DNA of 47,405 nt, taken from the NCBI GenBank assembly GCA_964519725.1, contig CAZFKS010000001.1:1-47405 (forward strand). Direction: 5' to 3'. This stretch comes from an uncultured Gammaproteobacteria bacterium. Lineage in GTDB: Bacteria > Patescibacteriota > Patescibacteriia > Magasanikbacterales > UBA922. Position 1 is the first letter of the stretch. Each line of letters opens with the position of its first letter. Under the pieces are notes generated by a model. The model saw nothing but the letters and a program-made list of their open reading frames with translations. It searched no databases and had not been told where the DNA came from. Below, piece after piece: positions 46,231 to 47,405 of the stretch. The translations under genes were made by a program, and so were the position numbers.

Positions 46231-47405
46231 ATGCCAACTTTTCACTTAACCAAAGCCGGAAGCGTGCCAGAACCAACCAATGACATTTGTTTGTTTGGTC
46301 AAACTTTTTATCGCAACCAAATGCGGCGATTTGGGATTAAAACCGATGACCGCCGTCGGCACATGTACGTGATTGGAAAAACTGGGATGGGCAAAACTAC
46401 GGTCATGGAAAACATGGTGTTGAATGATATTTACAAAGGCCATGGGGTGGGCATTGTTGATCCGCACGGAGATTTTGCGGAAAAAATCATTGATTTTATT
46501 CCTCCACACCGCATTAATGACGTAGTTTATTTTAATCCAGGTGATGTTGATAACCCGATTGGTTTTAATGTTTTAGAAGTCACTACTGAAGAACAAAAAC
46601 ACTTGATTGCGGCCGGGCTCATGGGAATTTTCAAAAAGATTTGGCCTGATGTGTGGAGTTCTCGGATGGAGTACATTTTGAATAACACGGTTTTGGCGCT
46701 GTTAGATTATCCAGGCTCAACTCTACTGGGGATTAATCGCTTATTGTCTGACAAAGATTTTCGCAAAAAAGTGGTCAATCAACTAAAAGACCCGGTGATT
46801 AAATCTTTCTGGCAAAATGAGTTTGCGTCATATAATGACCGCTATGCGCAAGAAGCCGTGGCGCCGATCCAAAACAAGATTGGTCAATTTTTATCGGCAT
46901 CAGTGATTCGGAACATGGTGGCGCAAGTGACTTCCACCATTAATATTCGTGAGATCATGGACTCGCGGAAAATTTTGATCATGAACTTGTCCAAGGGGCG
47001 GATTGGCGAAGATAATAGTCGCTTACTTGGTGGTATGTTAATTACCAAGATTCAGCTGGCCGCCATGGAACGCGTTGATACCCCCGAAGCTGATCGCAAA
47101 GATTTCTTTTTATACGTTGATGAGTTTCAAAACTTTGCCACACCAAGTTTTGCAAATATTTTGTCTGAGGCCCGTAAGTACCGCTTGAGTTTGATCATGG
47201 CCCACCAGTATGTTTTGCAGCTGGATGAAGTAGTATCAGCCGCCGTGTTTGGGAACGTGGGGACGATCATGGCTTTCCGGGTTGGTGGCGGTGATGCTGA
47301 AGCTCTTGCCAAAGAATTTGCCCCGGTTTTCATGGAAGAAGATATTGTTAACTTGGCCAAATATCACATTATTTTAAAGCTCATGATTGATGGTGTGGCA
47401 TCACA
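46231..47405 (+). CDS. VirD4/TraD-like (FtsK-HerA superfamily) P-loop ATPase, 3' end beyond the window
   Basis: Absent from the ORF track because there is no stop in the window. Own translation gives MPTFHLTKAG...HMYVIGKTGMGKTT (Walker A)...FFLYVDEFQNF (Walker B)...SLIMAHQY. TATACT lies 9 nt upstream of the ATG. Confidence 0.7.
   Translation, partial: MPTFHLTKAGSVPEPTNDICLFGQTFYRNQMRRFGIKTDDRRRHMYVIGKTGMGKTTVMENMVLNDIYKGHGVGIVDPHGDFAEKIIDFIPPHRINDVVYFNPGDVDNPIGFNVLEVTTEEQKHLIAAGLMGIFKKIWPDVWSSRMEYILNNTVLALLDYPGSTLLGINRLLSDKDFRKKVVNQLKDPVIKSFWQNEFASYNDRYAQEAVAPIQNKIGQFLSASVIRNMVAQVTSTINIREIMDSRKILIMNLSKGRIGEDNSRLLGGMLITKIQLAAMERVDTPEADRKDFFLYVDEFQNFATPSFANILSEARKYRLSLIMAHQYVLQLDEVVSAAVFGNVGTIMAFRVGGGDAEALAKEFAPVFMEEDIVNLAKYHIILKLMIDGVAS

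Noticed and set aside
46246-46509. 87-aa minus-strand ORF
   Set aside because: It is antisense to the long open VirD4/TraD-like frame, which carries clear Walker A and B motifs. It is a shadow ORF.

Overview
This window is an A+T-rich (about 40% G+C by hand counts), very gene-dense bacterial segment. Gene content and architecture look like a reduced Patescibacteria/CPR-type genome; that placement is inference, since no database search was possible. The backbone is housekeeping: tRNA-Lys, a translin-like protein, murE-like/GT2/O-antigen-ligase, fmt-def-priA, a PG-binding D-Ala-D-Ala carboxypeptidase, rsmI-metG-cvpA-tatD, ligA, gatCA, a tandem LOG fusion, lgt, tRNA-Ser, engB, a heterodimeric ABC exporter, trhO, FKBP, MFS, archaeal-type PEP carboxylase, an M24 peptidase, rpmA, ftsW-murG and a VirD4/TraD-like ATPase that runs off the 3' edge. 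Downstream of tRNA-Ser (about 22.0-31.0 kb) lies a one-strand accessory block of small stress/detox-type genes: four VOC/PhnB paralogs, DUF1801, DUF2200, YdeI, DUF1761, DoxX-like, an alpha/beta hydrolase, NUDIX and a class II photolyase. No integrase, transposase or CRISPR array was found. The most unusual signal is five short G+C-rich islets inserted in intergenic gaps (about 700-1180, 14989-15179, 17295-17525, 21994-22290 and 26150-26612). Four carry small ORFs with high-GC3 codon usage, strong Shine-Dalgarno sites and flanking GC hairpins. One of these is a 34-aa Arg-rich/hydrophobic peptide enclosed by a 5'/3' fold-back helix that contains an anti-SD. The fifth islet is non-coding and folds into a multi-helix RNA. 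In contrast, native transcription-unit-initial genes mostly look leaderless, with a -10 hexamer 7-10 nt upstream of the ATG. All protein calls rest on motifs recognised by eye.
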